Source of the DNA: an uncultured delta proteobacterium
GTDB taxonomy: Bacteria > Myxococcota_A > Polyangia > Fen-1088
DNA length: 64,000 nucleotides
Direction: 5' to 3'
Assembly (NCBI GenBank): GCA_963796685.1
Contig: CAWCMR010000011.1
Location: forward strand, 263,236 to 327,235
Translations under genes and position numbers: made by a program
Part shown: one piece after another, positions 1-11,102 of the stretch
Numbering within the stretch: the first letter of the stretch is position 1
Layout of the letters: each line of letters begins with the position of its first letter
Notes under the pieces: model-generated
The model's database searches: none
Seen by the model: the letters and a program-made list of their open reading frames with translations, nothing else
What the model was told of the DNA's origin: nothing

Positions 1-270
1 CGTCGGGGATGGCACCGTTGTTGCGACGAGCGCCGTCGTGGGTACCGGCCCAACGGTTGTCGTCGTGCCTGACGAGTGTTCGGTGGTGCTGGATGGATGT
101 TGCCTAACACTCGACGAGGCGACGACCCGTGGCGTGCCGTGACCGGCGAAGGCCCAAGCGTTGACACCCACCAACCCGAGCACAACGAACGCAAGCAACA
201 AGACGGCCACGAGCCGGCGGCGAGGGGGTTTGTGGGTCACCGCTCCGTCTCGGTCCCGGGCAGGGTCCAT
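1..270 (-). CDS. Membrane-anchored/secreted Ser/Thr-rich protein (partial, runs off window start)
   Basis: Manual translation from ATG 270: MDPARDRDGAVTHKPPRRRLVAVLLLAFVVLGLVGVNAWAFAG... followed by an S/T/P-rich linker. Absent from the ORF track because no stop lies in the window. Confidence 0.6.
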   Translation of the reverse strand, partial: MDPARDRDGAVTHKPPRRRLVAVLLLAFVVLGLVGVNAWAFAGHGTPRVVASSSVRQHPSSTTEHSSGTTTTVGPVPTTALVATTVPSPT

Positions 271-360
271 GTCGGGATAATCGGCTCACCCCACAAGATT
301 CTTGAACGGATGGGCTCGTCGGCCCCTCGCTCGACCTGGACCCCGGGATTCGGAGCTGCC

Positions 361-1116
361 TCAGGTGATGGCCAGAGCCCTGTCATGAGCCGCTGATATT
401 GCCCCCACCAAGCGGTATCCCAGCAAGGTCAGCATGGTCTCCAGTCCGATCTGAATCACCAAGAGCCCGATTCCCAGGCCGTGGGCCTCGGCGAGAAGCA
501 CGACGAGCGCCACGTTGACGATGCCCGTGAGAATCAGAAGCAGCCAGGTGTGCAGCACCATCGTCCTGTTGGGGTCTCCAGGGGGCAGGCAGTCTCGAAG
601 TGACTGATAGGGGAACCAAAACTGCACGATAGGAATGAGATACGAGCCCACACCGAGGGCAGGAGATCGCCTTGCGGGGTACCTGAGCCGCTGGGCCGTG
701 ATTGCGGCGCGGTACTGCCAGATGACAAACAGGATCTGCACAAGAAGGGAGAAGGGCACGAGGATCAAAGGCCACTCAGGGTTCCTCGGCTGTGGCAACT
801 GAGATCCGATACTTGGGTTGTCGATCAGAAGGCGAAGCTCATGGAAGTACCTGGCCCAACTGGATGAAGTGACGAGGTCGATGAGGGCGGTTGCGCCCCC
901 GAGGACCGGATAGGCGATCGTAGCTTTCTTGGCCCATGGCAGTATGTGTTGTTCCTCAACGTTGGCGCTCTGAGCCCAGGACCAGCCCATTGCATCGGAT
1001 GCTGCTGGCGCGGTGTGTGCGGTCCAAGCCACACCGTCCCACCAACGCAACAAGTACCCATCTGAGGGGTCGGGATACCAACCTGGAGGAGCACCTGGGA
1101 CGGTCACAAAGTTCAA
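361..1116 (-). CDS. DUF2510/DUF4328-type membrane protein
   Basis: N-terminal PPGWYPDP...LRWWDG.AWT motif; C-terminal SPALGVGSYLIPIVQFWFPYQSLRD plus TM helices. Confidence 0.8.
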   Translation of the reverse strand: MNFVTVPGAPPGWYPDPSDGYLLRWWDGVAWTAHTAPAASDAMGWSWAQSANVEEQHILPWAKKATIAYPVLGGATALIDLVTSSSWARYFHELRLLIDNPSIGSQLPQPRNPEWPLILVPFSLLVQILFVIWQYRAAITAQRLRYPARRSPALGVGSYLIPIVQFWFPYQSLRDCLPPGDPNRTMVLHTWLLLILTGIVNVALVVLLAEAHGLGIGLLVIQIGLETMLTLLGYRLVGAISAAHDRALAIT

Positions 1117-1194
1117 GGTTAGAGCTCTGACGGAATCCCGCCGACGATGAGGTGCCGCGCCTAAGGCATCGGCGCAACCAGTGCTGGGTGGTGG

Positions 1195-1392
1195 TCAGTG
1201 TGAGTTTGGATCAGGGATATCGATCCGATGCCGGTCTGTGATCCGTCTCGAGGTCCGTCGTCCGAGCATCAACGAGCCTGCGACGAGAGACGCCACTCCG
1301 AGAACGGCGGATAGCTCGCCGAAGATCGTAAAGGCCAGAAGGAAGGTGAGCACCAGAAGCACTGCACCGAGAACAATCAGGACGACGGCCAT
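1195..1392 (-). CDS. Small two-TM membrane protein
   Basis: MAVVLIVLGAVLLVLTFLLAFTIFGELSAVLGVASLVAGSLMLGRR within ORF 1195..1533; start uncertain. Confidence 0.4.
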   Translation of the reverse strand: MAVVLIVLGAVLLVLTFLLAFTIFGELSAVLGVASLVAGSLMLGRRTSRRITDRHRIDIPDPNSH

Positions 1393-1716
1393 GAGGCGAG
1401 GTAGATCGTTGGGGGATGTGCCGCGCAAAGGTCGGAGCCTTCCGGTTGTCTTGTTGAAATTCTCGGTCGGTCGATGAGCCAGACCGTGGTCGTTCCCAAC
1501 GAAGCGGGTCTGCTTGTGCCCATGTCGATGCATCGTGCGCCGGGACGCGTTTGCGCCGGGGTTTGGAGACTAGGGCGCTGTAACCATCGTATCGGGGCAT
1601 CTCGTCCACCCAGCGGCGATGACCGGTCCGACACAATCGGCGGACGAGCACGAGTCGTCGAGCTATCCTGCGCTGGGGTAGCAGGGCACACCCCATGACC
1701 CACGAGGAGCGTCCCA

Positions 1717-2016
1717 ATGCCAATCGGAGTGCGCATCGATCTCCCCGGTACCACATTGGAGTGGTACGACGAGGTCATCGAGGCTGCCGGTTTCCTTCCC
1801 GGCGGACCGATCGTGACCGACGCGTTATCTCACTGGGTCACTACCACGGAGGATGGCATTTGCATCGTTGAGGTGTGGGAATCCCGGGAGGCGTTCAGAA
1901 GTAACGCCCAGCACAGGACGGGTCAGATCAAGGACGAAGTTGGTTTTCCCGTTGCTACCACGATCGAGTTCTTCGACATTCACAACTACCTGCCTGGCAG
2001 GCCACGAAGGGCGTGA
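1717..2016 (+). CDS. ABM-like (dimeric alpha+beta barrel) hypothetical protein
   Basis: GAGGAG upstream; pattern LSHW...GICIVEVWESREAF...IEFFDIHN typical of small actinobacterial ABM-like proteins. Confidence 0.7.
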   Translation: MPIGVRIDLPGTTLEWYDEVIEAAGFLPGGPIVTDALSHWVTTTEDGICIVEVWESREAFRSNAQHRTGQIKDEVGFPVATTIEFFDIHNYLPGRPRRA

Positions 2017-2935
2017 CCGAGGGCGGGAATCTGTTCTGCGCCCAGATCGGCTGCGTTCGCTCGGGCCAGGATGCTCACGTACCCACCCGGCATCATCTCA
2101 AGTCGACAACTTGGCGGCCCGGAGAGCGATCGTCGTGACAAAGGTTGAGTCTGCAGGCTCCCACCTCCCGTGAAGGTGGCGCAGATTGCTTTGGCAGTGT
2201 CGTTGCCTGCTGGCCTCATCGGTTTGGTCTCGCTGATCATGACAAGGGTCGACTCCCGAAGAGGGTCACCAACCGATCCGACATCTCCTGAGGGTGCTCA
2301 AAGCCCGAGGATCGGTTTCCCAATCAGGGGAGTCGGCTTCTTCCTTTCTCAAGGCAACGAGATCGGCAGACTGGGGTGACGGTCAATACGAACTGGCCGG
2401 TACCGCACCAGAGTTCGATGACGACCGACGACTCGCCGAGCCCAAACGAGCGCAAGAGTTCGACCTCGACGTCTGCGCGGCTGTCCATCTTCCCGTCATA
2501 TCGCTCGACATGGGCGATATCGAGATTCTCCCGACCGGCGCCGGCCAGTTCATCAAGCAGCCCTCCGGGGCGTTGAGCGCTGGTCGTTCACCCGGTAAAT
2601 GAGTGTCATAGTGCCAGCCGTTGGATCGTCGTGCTGGAGAGGATGGCTCGATTTGAGGCGGCTAGCCCGAGGGTGCCAGCCCGACCGCTGCGTTGGTCCC
2701 ACCGGCGAGGGCGGTAAGGCGACCGGTACACGGTGATCCCGAAAGAGGATCAAAGGGTCCCCAGTGCCGCTGAGGTGGCATCATCGGGGCCGTGAGAAAC
2801 ACGCCGTCCGGGCAGCGCGTTGGAGTCCTGGATCTGATCGCCCGGCCTTCCCGTCACGGCAGAGTGGTCTTGTCTGTTGTGAAAGGACACGTAGGCTTGT
2901 TCCCGTAGTTCGCCCCAAGTTGACGGAGGCGTGAA

Positions 2936-3156
2936 ATGAACAAGACAGAAGATCGAATCCGAAGCGAGAGCGCAGAGCTTCGTCGTCTCCTTGAGAAACA
3001 CCAGTGGGGCGGACTGACGCCAGCAGGTTCCAACGGTGTTGCCCCGAATGTGCAGGAGCGGCGCCCCCTTTCGGTGGTGGCCATCGTTCGGGCTGTGCCA
3101 TCGCGAAAGCGTTGGACGTAGAAGCAGACGCAGGAGAAGGAACCGAGCAAGGCTGA
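2936..3156 (+). CDS. Small putative zinc-finger protein (one frameshift)
   Basis: GGAGG RBS; MNKTEDRIRSESAELRRLLEKHQWGG..., then in the shifted frame CCPECAGAAPPFGGGHRSGCAIAKALD...TGA 3154-3156. Confidence 0.5.
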
Positions 3157-3299
3157 CCGGCTAGCCGACCGGGTCAGCTCACGTCCTGCCAGCTCCTCCC
3201 AGCGTGGCGCCCGGGCCGTCCTGGACGCGGATACGGTGCAGAGCTGGATCAGAGATGCAACTGGCAATGCCGTCGAACAAAGCATGAGGTGGGGTTAGG

Positions 3300-4380
3300 G
3301 TGAGCTTCACGCCGTACGACCGGCCCGTTCGAGCCGCTTTCGTGGGCCTGGGCCGCATCTACGACCTAAATATCCGCGCCTATGTCGGCAATCCCGACGT
3401 CGAGGTGGTGGCCCTGGTCGACCCCAGCGAGGAGCGTCGAACGCACCGCCAGCGCGGACTGGCGCGGTGTAAACGCGCCTGGTGGGCGAGCTGGCCACAA
3501 GTGATGTCGAGGTTGACGCAGTCGAGCCGTTGTTACCCATTCCGCTGCACACAGAAGGCGTGATCGAGCTTCTGCACCATGGGTGGCACGTCAACTTGCA
3601 AAGCCAATGTGCAACAACCTAGCTGATGCAGGGGAATGCTGGCCGCCGCCAGTGCCAATGACCGACTGTTGAGGGTCATGGAGAACTACATCTTCTACGA
3701 GCCGCTGGTCAGGCTGAAGGAAATCGTGGCCTCTGGCGAGCTGGGCGAGGTTACCGGGTACCACATGAAGACGGTGGGTAGCGGGCCGGGGGTCGGGACG
3801 TCCCACGAGCAGTTACGAGTGGCAATTTCAGCAGATGCGTTGGGCCGCGGCATCCTCGTATTTGACGACGGGTGGCACAAGCTGGCGACGGCCATCTGGC
3901 TCTTCGGCTCCATCGTGAGGTGCGGGCATGGGTGGGGGCCACTGAGATTGTGCGTGGCGTGGAGACGATGCTCCAGCACCATTGTGTGGGAGCACGACAA
4001 CGGGGTGCGCGGGGTTTGGGACATCGTACTGGCGATCGACATGTACCTACGGTCGACTACTACACCAACAAGGCGCAGGTTGGGAAGTCGACGGGCGGCG
4101 CGGCTACGCTCGTTCGAACCGGTGCACGGGTCGAGGCATCCAACAACCGAGCCTCGAGGTGTACGCCGATGGGGAGATGCGCTCCTCCATGCCCTCGATG
4201 ACGACTGGGCCGCAGCTTCCGCGTTCCGGCCGCCACTGGCTCCGCTGGCTCCACACCGGCGATGGACCGTTGCTGTGGAGCCGGTACTGAAGCTGTCGAT
4301 GTACTGCGATTCGCCCTGGCTGCCTACGCGAGTTGAGTGCCAGTGGTGGTGTTGGCGTGGACCCGGCGTCGCTCTTGTAG
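3300..4380 (+). CDS. Gfo/Idh/MocA family oxidoreductase (frameshifted)
   Basis: VRAAFVGLGRI Rossmann start, xKPMC, VMENYIFY and DDGWHK motifs distributed across frames. Confidence 0.8.
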
Positions 4381-4906
4381 CTACCCATCGATCGCGGCCC
4401 ACATGGAGCGGAGAACAGCTCCTGGGAGCGTTTCAAGGTGTCGCGAGTTCGTGTCAACACGTGCTGGCGTGTCACGTGTGGGAGTTCCTCGACGCAATAT
4501 CATGGGCTCGTCGTGACTGCGGCATGGCTGTGTTCGCGCGCCGGAACTGGCGATCGTCTGCTCCACGCCAAATCGCCGGTCCGAAAGTGGACGGTTTCCG
4601 TGTTTCAAGGGTGGCGGGAGCCAAAAGACTCCGTCGCTACCCCCAACAATCGGATCCTGAACACTCCGAGCTTCAATTCGATGAACACCCACTCGTCCGT
4701 TTGTTCGTGGAGCGGGCGCAAATGCTTTGAACCCGCCTCCAGCCGGCCTCGGGCAGTCGGAGGACTGAGAACCATCTTCGCCCCCAGCAACAGCGCGGCG
4801 GCGGCTTCGGTGTTGAGGACGTTCAAACCCGGATGACGTCTCATTGTGCGACAACGTGAACGTTGTCGATTTCGTCGGTCTTTCTTGGCTAGGGGAGTCG
4901 GACTCT

Positions 4907-5121
4907 TCAGCCCGGCGATTTGCTTCGGCGTAGCCACCGCTTGGGTGGCGGATAGACGAACCTGGCAATCGTCGCCAACACCCAGGAGAGGGCAGCCCAC
5001 GAACACGAGCAGAATGTTGTGGAGCCTTCCGTTCTTCGCCTTCACAGCGGCGAGTGCAAGGAGATCCCCGCGCCAGGAAACAGCCGATGCTGTAGACCCA
5101 ATAGTTCTGCTGCTTCAACAT
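4907..5121 (-). CDS. Small two-TM membrane protein (frameshifted)
   Basis: Stitched translation MLKQQNYWVYSIGCFLA..LLALAAVKAKNGRLHNILLVFVG..LSWVLATIARFVYPPPKRWLRRSKSPG*. Confidence 0.5.
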
Positions 5122-5612
5122 GTGTCGCGACTCCTCTCGTCAGTCAACAGGCCAAGCGTCTTCCCAGGAAGCGATCATTCTCGACACGATCATCGTCCTA
5201 TGAGGAGGCTGTACCCCGTTGCCGATCGGGGATGCTCGCGGCCGAACGCACGACGAGCGGATCTGAAATCGCTGGTCGTGAACGGAACCATAAACGTGCC
5301 GGTCCCGATTGGGGTCGGGTCCGGAGCCGACCGAGGCGCGGGAATCCTGATTCGGGGATGCGCCGGTGATTGAGGCAATATCTCCAGCATATGCCGGTAA
5401 TCGGTGATCCCGACGCCGGTCCTCCATCAACGCCGACCAGGGGTCGGCATTGATGGGAGGGTGAACCGCTCGCGAGCGGCAAGCGGTCAGCTGTCCCGGC
5501 CAGGAGCGGTGTACACGTGACCCGGCTGATTAGGGGTCTGGAGAAGATCGGCATTCGGTCCGAACGTCGGCGACTGGTTTTCGGCGTGAGGCTCAAGGGG
5601 CATGCTGTATTG

Positions 5613-6289
5613 GTGGCTTCCCACAGAGCGATTCGGACAAGAGTTCAACCGGTAGGAGCCGGGGAGACCTGCCGCCGGATTCTGGTTGCCCTCCCGAAGT
5701 GGTTCGGCATCCCAGCTTCAGTTGAGGATTACGTCGCCACCGCCAATCGGTCTCCAACTGTCATTGGTTCACTCGGAGATGCCGATGTGGGGCTTCTCAC
5801 GCTCGTGAGACATAGCCACTACGCCGCCGAGATCTATGTGATGGCCGTGCTGCCGGAGGTGCATCGCCAGGGCATCGGGCGGGCGCTGCTCAGGCACGCC
5901 GAATCCATATTGGCTGCCGACGACGTGGAGTTTCTTCAGGTCAAGACTCTTCCTCGAGCAAGGCCGACGACGGGTACGACAAGACACGTGCCTTCTACCT
6001 CGCTTGCGGCTTCCGGGCACTAGAGGAGTTCCCAGACCTGTGGGGACCTGAGAACCCGGCTCTGCAGATGATCAAGGCGGTCCCTCCACCGGCAGGCGTC
6101 GATGGTGCCGAACCGACACGTGCTCAAATCGGCCGCCCCAAGACGGGTGAACTCGAACAACCAGTCCACGGGTTTAACGGTCGTGAGGCCAGCGGTTTAG
6201 GCGGCCTCGAACCAGTCCCGACTCGGCCCGTCGGGGGCCGAGCACGGCGGACGGATTCAGCGCATCGATGGGACCATCGACGGTCATAG
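5613..6289 (+). CDS. GNAT family N-acetyltransferase (frameshifted; 3' end uncertain)
   Basis: LPKWFGI, EIYVMAVLPEVHRQGIGRAL (motif A), LQVKTL / YDKTRAFYLACGFRALEEFPDLWGPENPALQMIK. Confidence 0.85.
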
Positions 6290-6305
6290 GTCGTTTGAGC
6301 TCGGG

Positions 6306-6812
6306 CTAAATGCTGGACGAGCGCCGCAGATACGCTCTCAGACGGAACCTTCCCCCGCGTCCAACGTATCGAGCAACACCCTCAGTGCCGAGAACGCCGC
6401 CTCCCCGAGTTCAACACGCAGACGCGTTCTCGATCGCCCGGGCTGCGGCGCGCTGGCGCGCCAGATAATCGATCCCTCGGGGGGTCAAGGTTACCGACCT
6501 CTCCCTCTTGCTGGTCGTCGAATCGGCCACCGCGACGTAGCCGCCATCAAGAAGACTTGCAACGACCTTGCTAGCACCCTGCCGAGTGATGCCGAGTTCG
6601 CGTCCGATGGCGGAGATGGTTGATCCCGCCTCACCCGAGCACACGCGCAACACACGACCGTCGGGAAACCTGCGCTCGCCGAACCCCGCTTCGGCCATGG
6701 CATGGTCGAGGCGAAGCTGATAGCCGAGCCAGGCCCGCCGGAGTGCCCCTCCCAGGCCGGGTGATGCCGACGGACCGTTCGATGCGTCGGCGTCGGGTGC
6801 CACGAGAGACAT
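6306..6812 (-). CDS. MarR family transcriptional regulator (C-terminal frameshift)
   Basis: TISAIGRELGITRQGASKVVASLLDGGYV...SKRERSVTLTPRG winged HTH. Confidence 0.85.
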
Positions 6813-6820
6813 GTTAGCAA

Positions 6821-6841
6821 ACTGTGAACTTAGTTGACAGT
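6821..6841. promoter_or_regulatory. Putative MarR operator
   Basis: ACTGTGAAC-TTA-GTTGACAGT (8/9 inverted repeat) just upstream of the MarR start, in the divergent intergenic region. Confidence 0.55.
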
Positions 6842-6883
6842 GTGTCCATGGCGCCCGATACTTCGAGTATGCGGCGGGAGGGG

Positions 6884-8442
6884 ATGCACGATTCACCGAA
6901 GATCAGCACGACGAGGCGCCACGGCCGCCGTCGTCTCGAGCGGCGTCGCTGTCATGGCGCTGGCACTCAGCGCCTGTAGCGGCTCGCCCTCGGAACCGGT
7001 CGCCTCCTCCGAGCGGGTGACCGGCGGTCCGACGGGGCACTACGTGGTGCCGGCGGGGATCCACAAGATCAAGCACATCATCGTCATCGAGCAGGAGAAC
7101 CGCTCCTTCGACAGCTACTTCGGCACCTATCCGGGCGCCGACGGGCATCCCGATGCGAGAACGGCGTGCCGACCGTCTGCGTGCCGGTGCCGACCGGAGG
7201 CTGCCAGGCGCCCTACCACGACACCGCCGATGTGAACGGCGGCGGTCCGCACAACGTGCGCGGCCGCCCGGATCGACGTCGACGGCGGCAAGATGGACGG
7301 CTTCGTCTACGCCGCCTCGGGGGTGAAGAAGGGGTGCGGGGCGAACGTCAACGACCCGGCCTGCTCGAACTCGGCGGCACCCGACGTCATGGGGTACCAC
7401 ACGGCGGCCGAGATCCCGAACTACTGGACCTACGCCAAGGACTTCGTGCTCGACGACCACATGTTCGAGCCGGTGAAGTCGTGGTCGCTCCCCGACCACC
7501 TCTACCTCGTCTCGGGCTGGTCGGCCAAGTGCTCGAGCCCGGCGCCGTCGAGCTGCAGCAACCAGATCAAGGGTCCCTACACGCCGCTGCAGATGCAGGA
7601 GTACGTGGACCAGGCCATGGCGACCGGGACGGCCGACGGTCACCAACGCCTGGACCGACATCACCTGGCTGCTCTACAACAAGCACGTCCCCTGGGCCTA
7701 CTACGTCCAGACCGGGGACCAGCCCGACTGCGAGAACGACGGAGCGGTCGCGTGCGCCCCGGTCGCCCAGAGCTATCAGACCCCCGGGATCTGGAACCCG
7801 CTCCCCCTCTTCGAGGACGTCCAGAAGGACCACCAGCTCCGCAACATCCAGCCGCTCGACAACTACTTCACCGCCGCCAGGAAGGGAACGCTGCCCTCGG
7901 TCATGTGGATCGCACCCTCCCAGGCCGACAGCGAGCACCCTCCGGCGAGCGTCCACCAGGGGCAGGCCTACGTCACCGCGCTGATCAACGCCGCCATGAA
8001 GAGCCCCGACTGGGACTCGACGGCCATCTTCTTGCAGTGGGACGACTGGGGGGGCTTCTACGACAGCGCGGTGCCCGCCGGCGGTGGACCAGAACGGCTA
8101 CGGCCTGCGGGTCCCGGCACTCGTCATCTCGCCCTATGCCAAGCGGGGCTACATCGACTCCCAGACGCTCAGCAGCGACGCCTACCTCAAGTTCATCGAG
8201 GACGACTTCCTGGGCGGCTCCCGGCTCAACCCCAAGACCGACGGACGCCCGAACCCAGGGCCGACGTCCGCGAGGACGAGAAGGTCCTCGGCAACATGCT
8301 GCAGGACTTCGATTTCAACCAGAGGCCCCGGGCACCGGTCCTGCTGGCGACCAACCCCGCGACGGACTCCCCCACCATCCCGGCGTACTTCAGCGGAAAA
8401 GGGCCCTGCGTCGGCTGCACGGCGACGCCGCCGAGCACCTAA
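6884..8442 (+). CDS. Phospholipase C / phosphoesterase family lipoprotein (frameshifted)
   Basis: Lipobox LSAC; IKHIIVIEQENRSFDSYFGTYPG, YAKDFVLDDHMF, SEHPP, WDDWGGFYD and GLRVPALVISPYAK motifs. Confidence 0.9.
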
Positions 8443-8509
8443 GGGGCCCGGGGCGGTCCGATGGTTGCGCCCCGCCCGAGATCGGGCCCTCCGATGCGAG
8501 AGTGGCGTT

Positions 8510-8965
8510 ATGACTCCAGAGACGGAAGAAACGCCGAGCCAGGACTTTGACGTCTTGGTGATGCGCTTCGTTGGGATCGGCCACTTTGCAGTTGACTTCA
8601 ATCTCTACGGAAGCGTCGGCAGGTACGCAACCCTCACCTTGAGACCAACCGACTTTCGGATACAGAAGACCAATCGTCACGGCATGCCCAAAGAAGGCAG
8701 TGCCGCCTTCCCAACGTTATGGACTTGGAGGTTGACGGAGATTCGCTCTGCACGGGTCTTCAAAAGTCCGTGGTGGATACGGATGGCCGGGATCAACGCA
8801 AGCTACCCGTCTGGAATGGTGTTGGACATGGGAGCTTCGGGTTGGAATCTACTGCTCTTCAGTCGGCAGTTGGACTCCCTGCTCCAAGCCTTCGGCGATC
8901 AAGGCGTGGGCATTGCAAAGAACCCAAGAACGCTCACACCGCTGGTATTTCGCCGCGAGATTTAG
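8510..8965 (+). CDS. Hypothetical protein (beta-rich, possibly PH-like)
   Basis: Open frame MTPETEETPSQDFDVLVMRF... with protein-like composition. Confidence 0.55.
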   Translation: MTPETEETPSQDFDVLVMRFVGIGHFAVDFNLYGSVGRYATLTLRPTDFRIQKTNRHGMPKEGSAAFPTLWTWRLTEIRSARVFKSPWWIRMAGINASYPSGMVLDMGASGWNLLLFSRQLDSLLQAFGDQGVGIAKNPRTLTPLVFRREI

Positions 8966-9290
8966 CTATCGCTGGTTTCTTCACGTCCTTTCTGATCGAC
9001 TCCGAAGGTGCCTCTCGGGACTGCCACATATCAAAGCAAGCCAGAGTCACGCCGGTGGGGGTCAACGGCATACTCCTTCGCGGAGCACCCCGGCGAAATG
9101 GGTCCGTGATTTCCCGGGAACGTCGCGGAACGCCCTCGATCTCGCAGCTCAGTTGCTCGTGATGTTCCCCGGGAACGCTGGGGACACGTTCGGGCAATGT
9201 CCCCCGTTTCCCCCCACCGTAGGTGGGGAACCCGGAGCGGGACAGAAGCGCAGGACGCCATGGATCGCCTCTGCCAGTAGCGCTAGCCTT

Positions 9291-9614
9291 GTGACGGTGC
9301 TTGCCAGGGTTCTCACCTTTTACTCCGAGAGCGCAAAGATGCCGGACCTTGTCGAGTCATTGCGCTCCGAACTCCCGGCGGCATACTCCTCACTCCCGAG
9401 CTTTCGTGGGGCGCTTGTCTTGGAGAAGACGGGTGGTAACCACATCATCGCCCTGACGTTGTGGGAGAGCGAAGACGGATTGAACGACAGCGAGTCCACC
9501 GCCGACGCCTTCGCCGATCGAATCGGAGAGGAAATCGGGCACTCGGTGACGCGCAACGTCTACAACGTCATTGGATCGATTGGCTTTGGTCCCGACACGA
9601 ATACGGGTGAGTAG
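9291..9614 (+). CDS. Antibiotic biosynthesis monooxygenase-like protein
   Basis: LPSFRGALVLEK...IIALTLWESED pattern. Confidence 0.7.
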   Translation: MTVLARVLTFYSESAKMPDLVESLRSELPAAYSSLPSFRGALVLEKTGGNHIIALTLWESEDGLNDSESTADAFADRIGEEIGHSVTRNVYNVIGSIGFGPDTNTGE

Positions 9615-9693
9615 CTTGCAGCCACTGCCAAGCAGCTCGCCGAGCCTGTCAAGACAGTGGCCGACACGCCGGACGGGCTGCTCTAAGAGGTGA

Positions 9694-10104
9694 ATGATGC
9701 CGGTCATCGTCGTTACTCGGCTCCGACTGAAGGACTCAGCATTCTCGGAAGAGTTCTTCGCGAGCGCACTTGTGGTCGTCGAGCAGGCGAGCATCTCGGA
9801 GGGCAATCTCGCCGCCGATGTTCTCGCCGACGCCAATGACACGTATTGGACACGCACGGCCTGGCGAGGGCGTGATTCGATGAACGCCTTCGTAGGGGCG
9901 GAGCCCCACCTGGGGACGATGGGTCACATCGCAGAGTGGTGCGATGAGGCGACCTTCGTCGACTGGGACCAGGCAGGTTCGGAGCTACCTGATTGGGAGG
10001 CGGGTTATGAGCGCCTTGTCACCGAGGGCCAGGGAGCTAGCCTCACCCATCCCTCCGATGCTCACATGACCCGCGCTTTCCCGGCCCCAGTCGTGCCCTC
10101 GTAA
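9694..10104 (+). CDS. DUF3291-like / ABM-fold protein
   Basis: VVTRLRL, GNL...YWTRTAW...MNAFV..EPH..TM...AEWCDEATFVDW; GAGGTGA RBS. Confidence 0.75.
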   Translation: MMPVIVVTRLRLKDSAFSEEFFASALVVVEQASISEGNLAADVLADANDTYWTRTAWRGRDSMNAFVGAEPHLGTMGHIAEWCDEATFVDWDQAGSELPDWEAGYERLVTEGQGASLTHPSDAHMTRAFPAPVVPS

Positions 10105-10158
10105 TCATGGCGCACTGAGGACGATGTTCGCCGAACCCCGACTCCAGGAGGAAACCCC

Positions 10159-10582
10159 ATGACCCCCGAGGACTTCCCCGTCGTGTTCGCCGAAGGTTGG
10201 GCTCTGGACAAACCCGGACCGTTCCTCGACTACTTCCGGCCCCTCATCCACGACAACGCCACGTTCGTTCAGCCGATGTTTCCTGACGCTCACGGGCCAG
10301 CTGAGGTGGAACACATGTTTCGCAAACTGTTCTCGCTCTTTCCCGATCTCCCGCGCCGAAACTCGGCGCTTTGCGGTTCATGGGGATACCGTGTTCATCG
10401 AATCGGAGTGCACCAACAACGTACGAAAGAGAGCCATTCGGTTCACGGTACGCGATCGGTTCGTAATTAGCGATGGCAAACTCTTGGAACGCCAGTCTTA
10501 CTCCGATCCGTTGCCAGTCATCGTTTCTGTTCTCCGACGCCCGACAATGTGGCGTGGTGCCCTTCGCAGCCGGACGCTCTGA
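10159..10582 (+). CDS. SnoaL/NTF2-like protein (frameshifted)
   Basis: AGGAGG RBS; FAEGW...ATFVQP...LFPDL / VFIES...DRFVISDGKLLERQSY.DP. Confidence 0.75.
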
Positions 10583-11102
10583 AGCGGCACATATTCGGTG
10601 CGGGCTCCCGTGCGCCATTCCGGTTCCGACCGGCGCCTTGCACCAGGCAGGTCCGACCGGGTGAGCGTACAATGAACCCCGGTGGGCCTTCTACGATCGG
10701 CGGCAAGTGAAACTGAGTCCTGGAAGACAACCATCGCCAAGGACATCGGTTTCGTAGCCCTGATCTCTTGGCCTCTGGCCTTGACATGGGGCTTCCCATT
10801 TGAATCTGGACCTGGCGTACTGGTGTGGTTGTCGGCGCTGTCGCTGAGGTTTTGTGGCTAGCAGTCCTTGCTGTCGTTTACAGCTGGCACCACGGACGCC
10901 ATTCCGCTCATCAATAACTGGTTCTACGCGAGCCTCGACAACGTCGAGTGCGGAGCGCAGATTCGGGACTCCCGTGCGCCATTCCGGGGCCGTCCGGCAC
11001 CGGAACCAGGATGATCCCGGACACCATCAGGGCCGTAGGCTGCGCCGTCAACACGGTGATGCCACGGCGATCCTCACATCGGCACATCGCCTGGCCAAGT
11101 AG

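Noticed and set aside
2170-2760. Short ORFs 2170..2379 and 2294..2602
   Set aside because: No recognisable motifs; they may be fragments and cannot be supported.
4451-4475. GTGTCAACACGTGCTGGCGTGTCAC resembling an IS481-type end
   Set aside because: No transposase or partner end is visible, and the match is too short to support.
6141-6215. CTCGAAC-containing stretches resembling further tRNA T-arm scars
   Set aside because: Similarity to the tmRNA end and to sites A-C is too weak.
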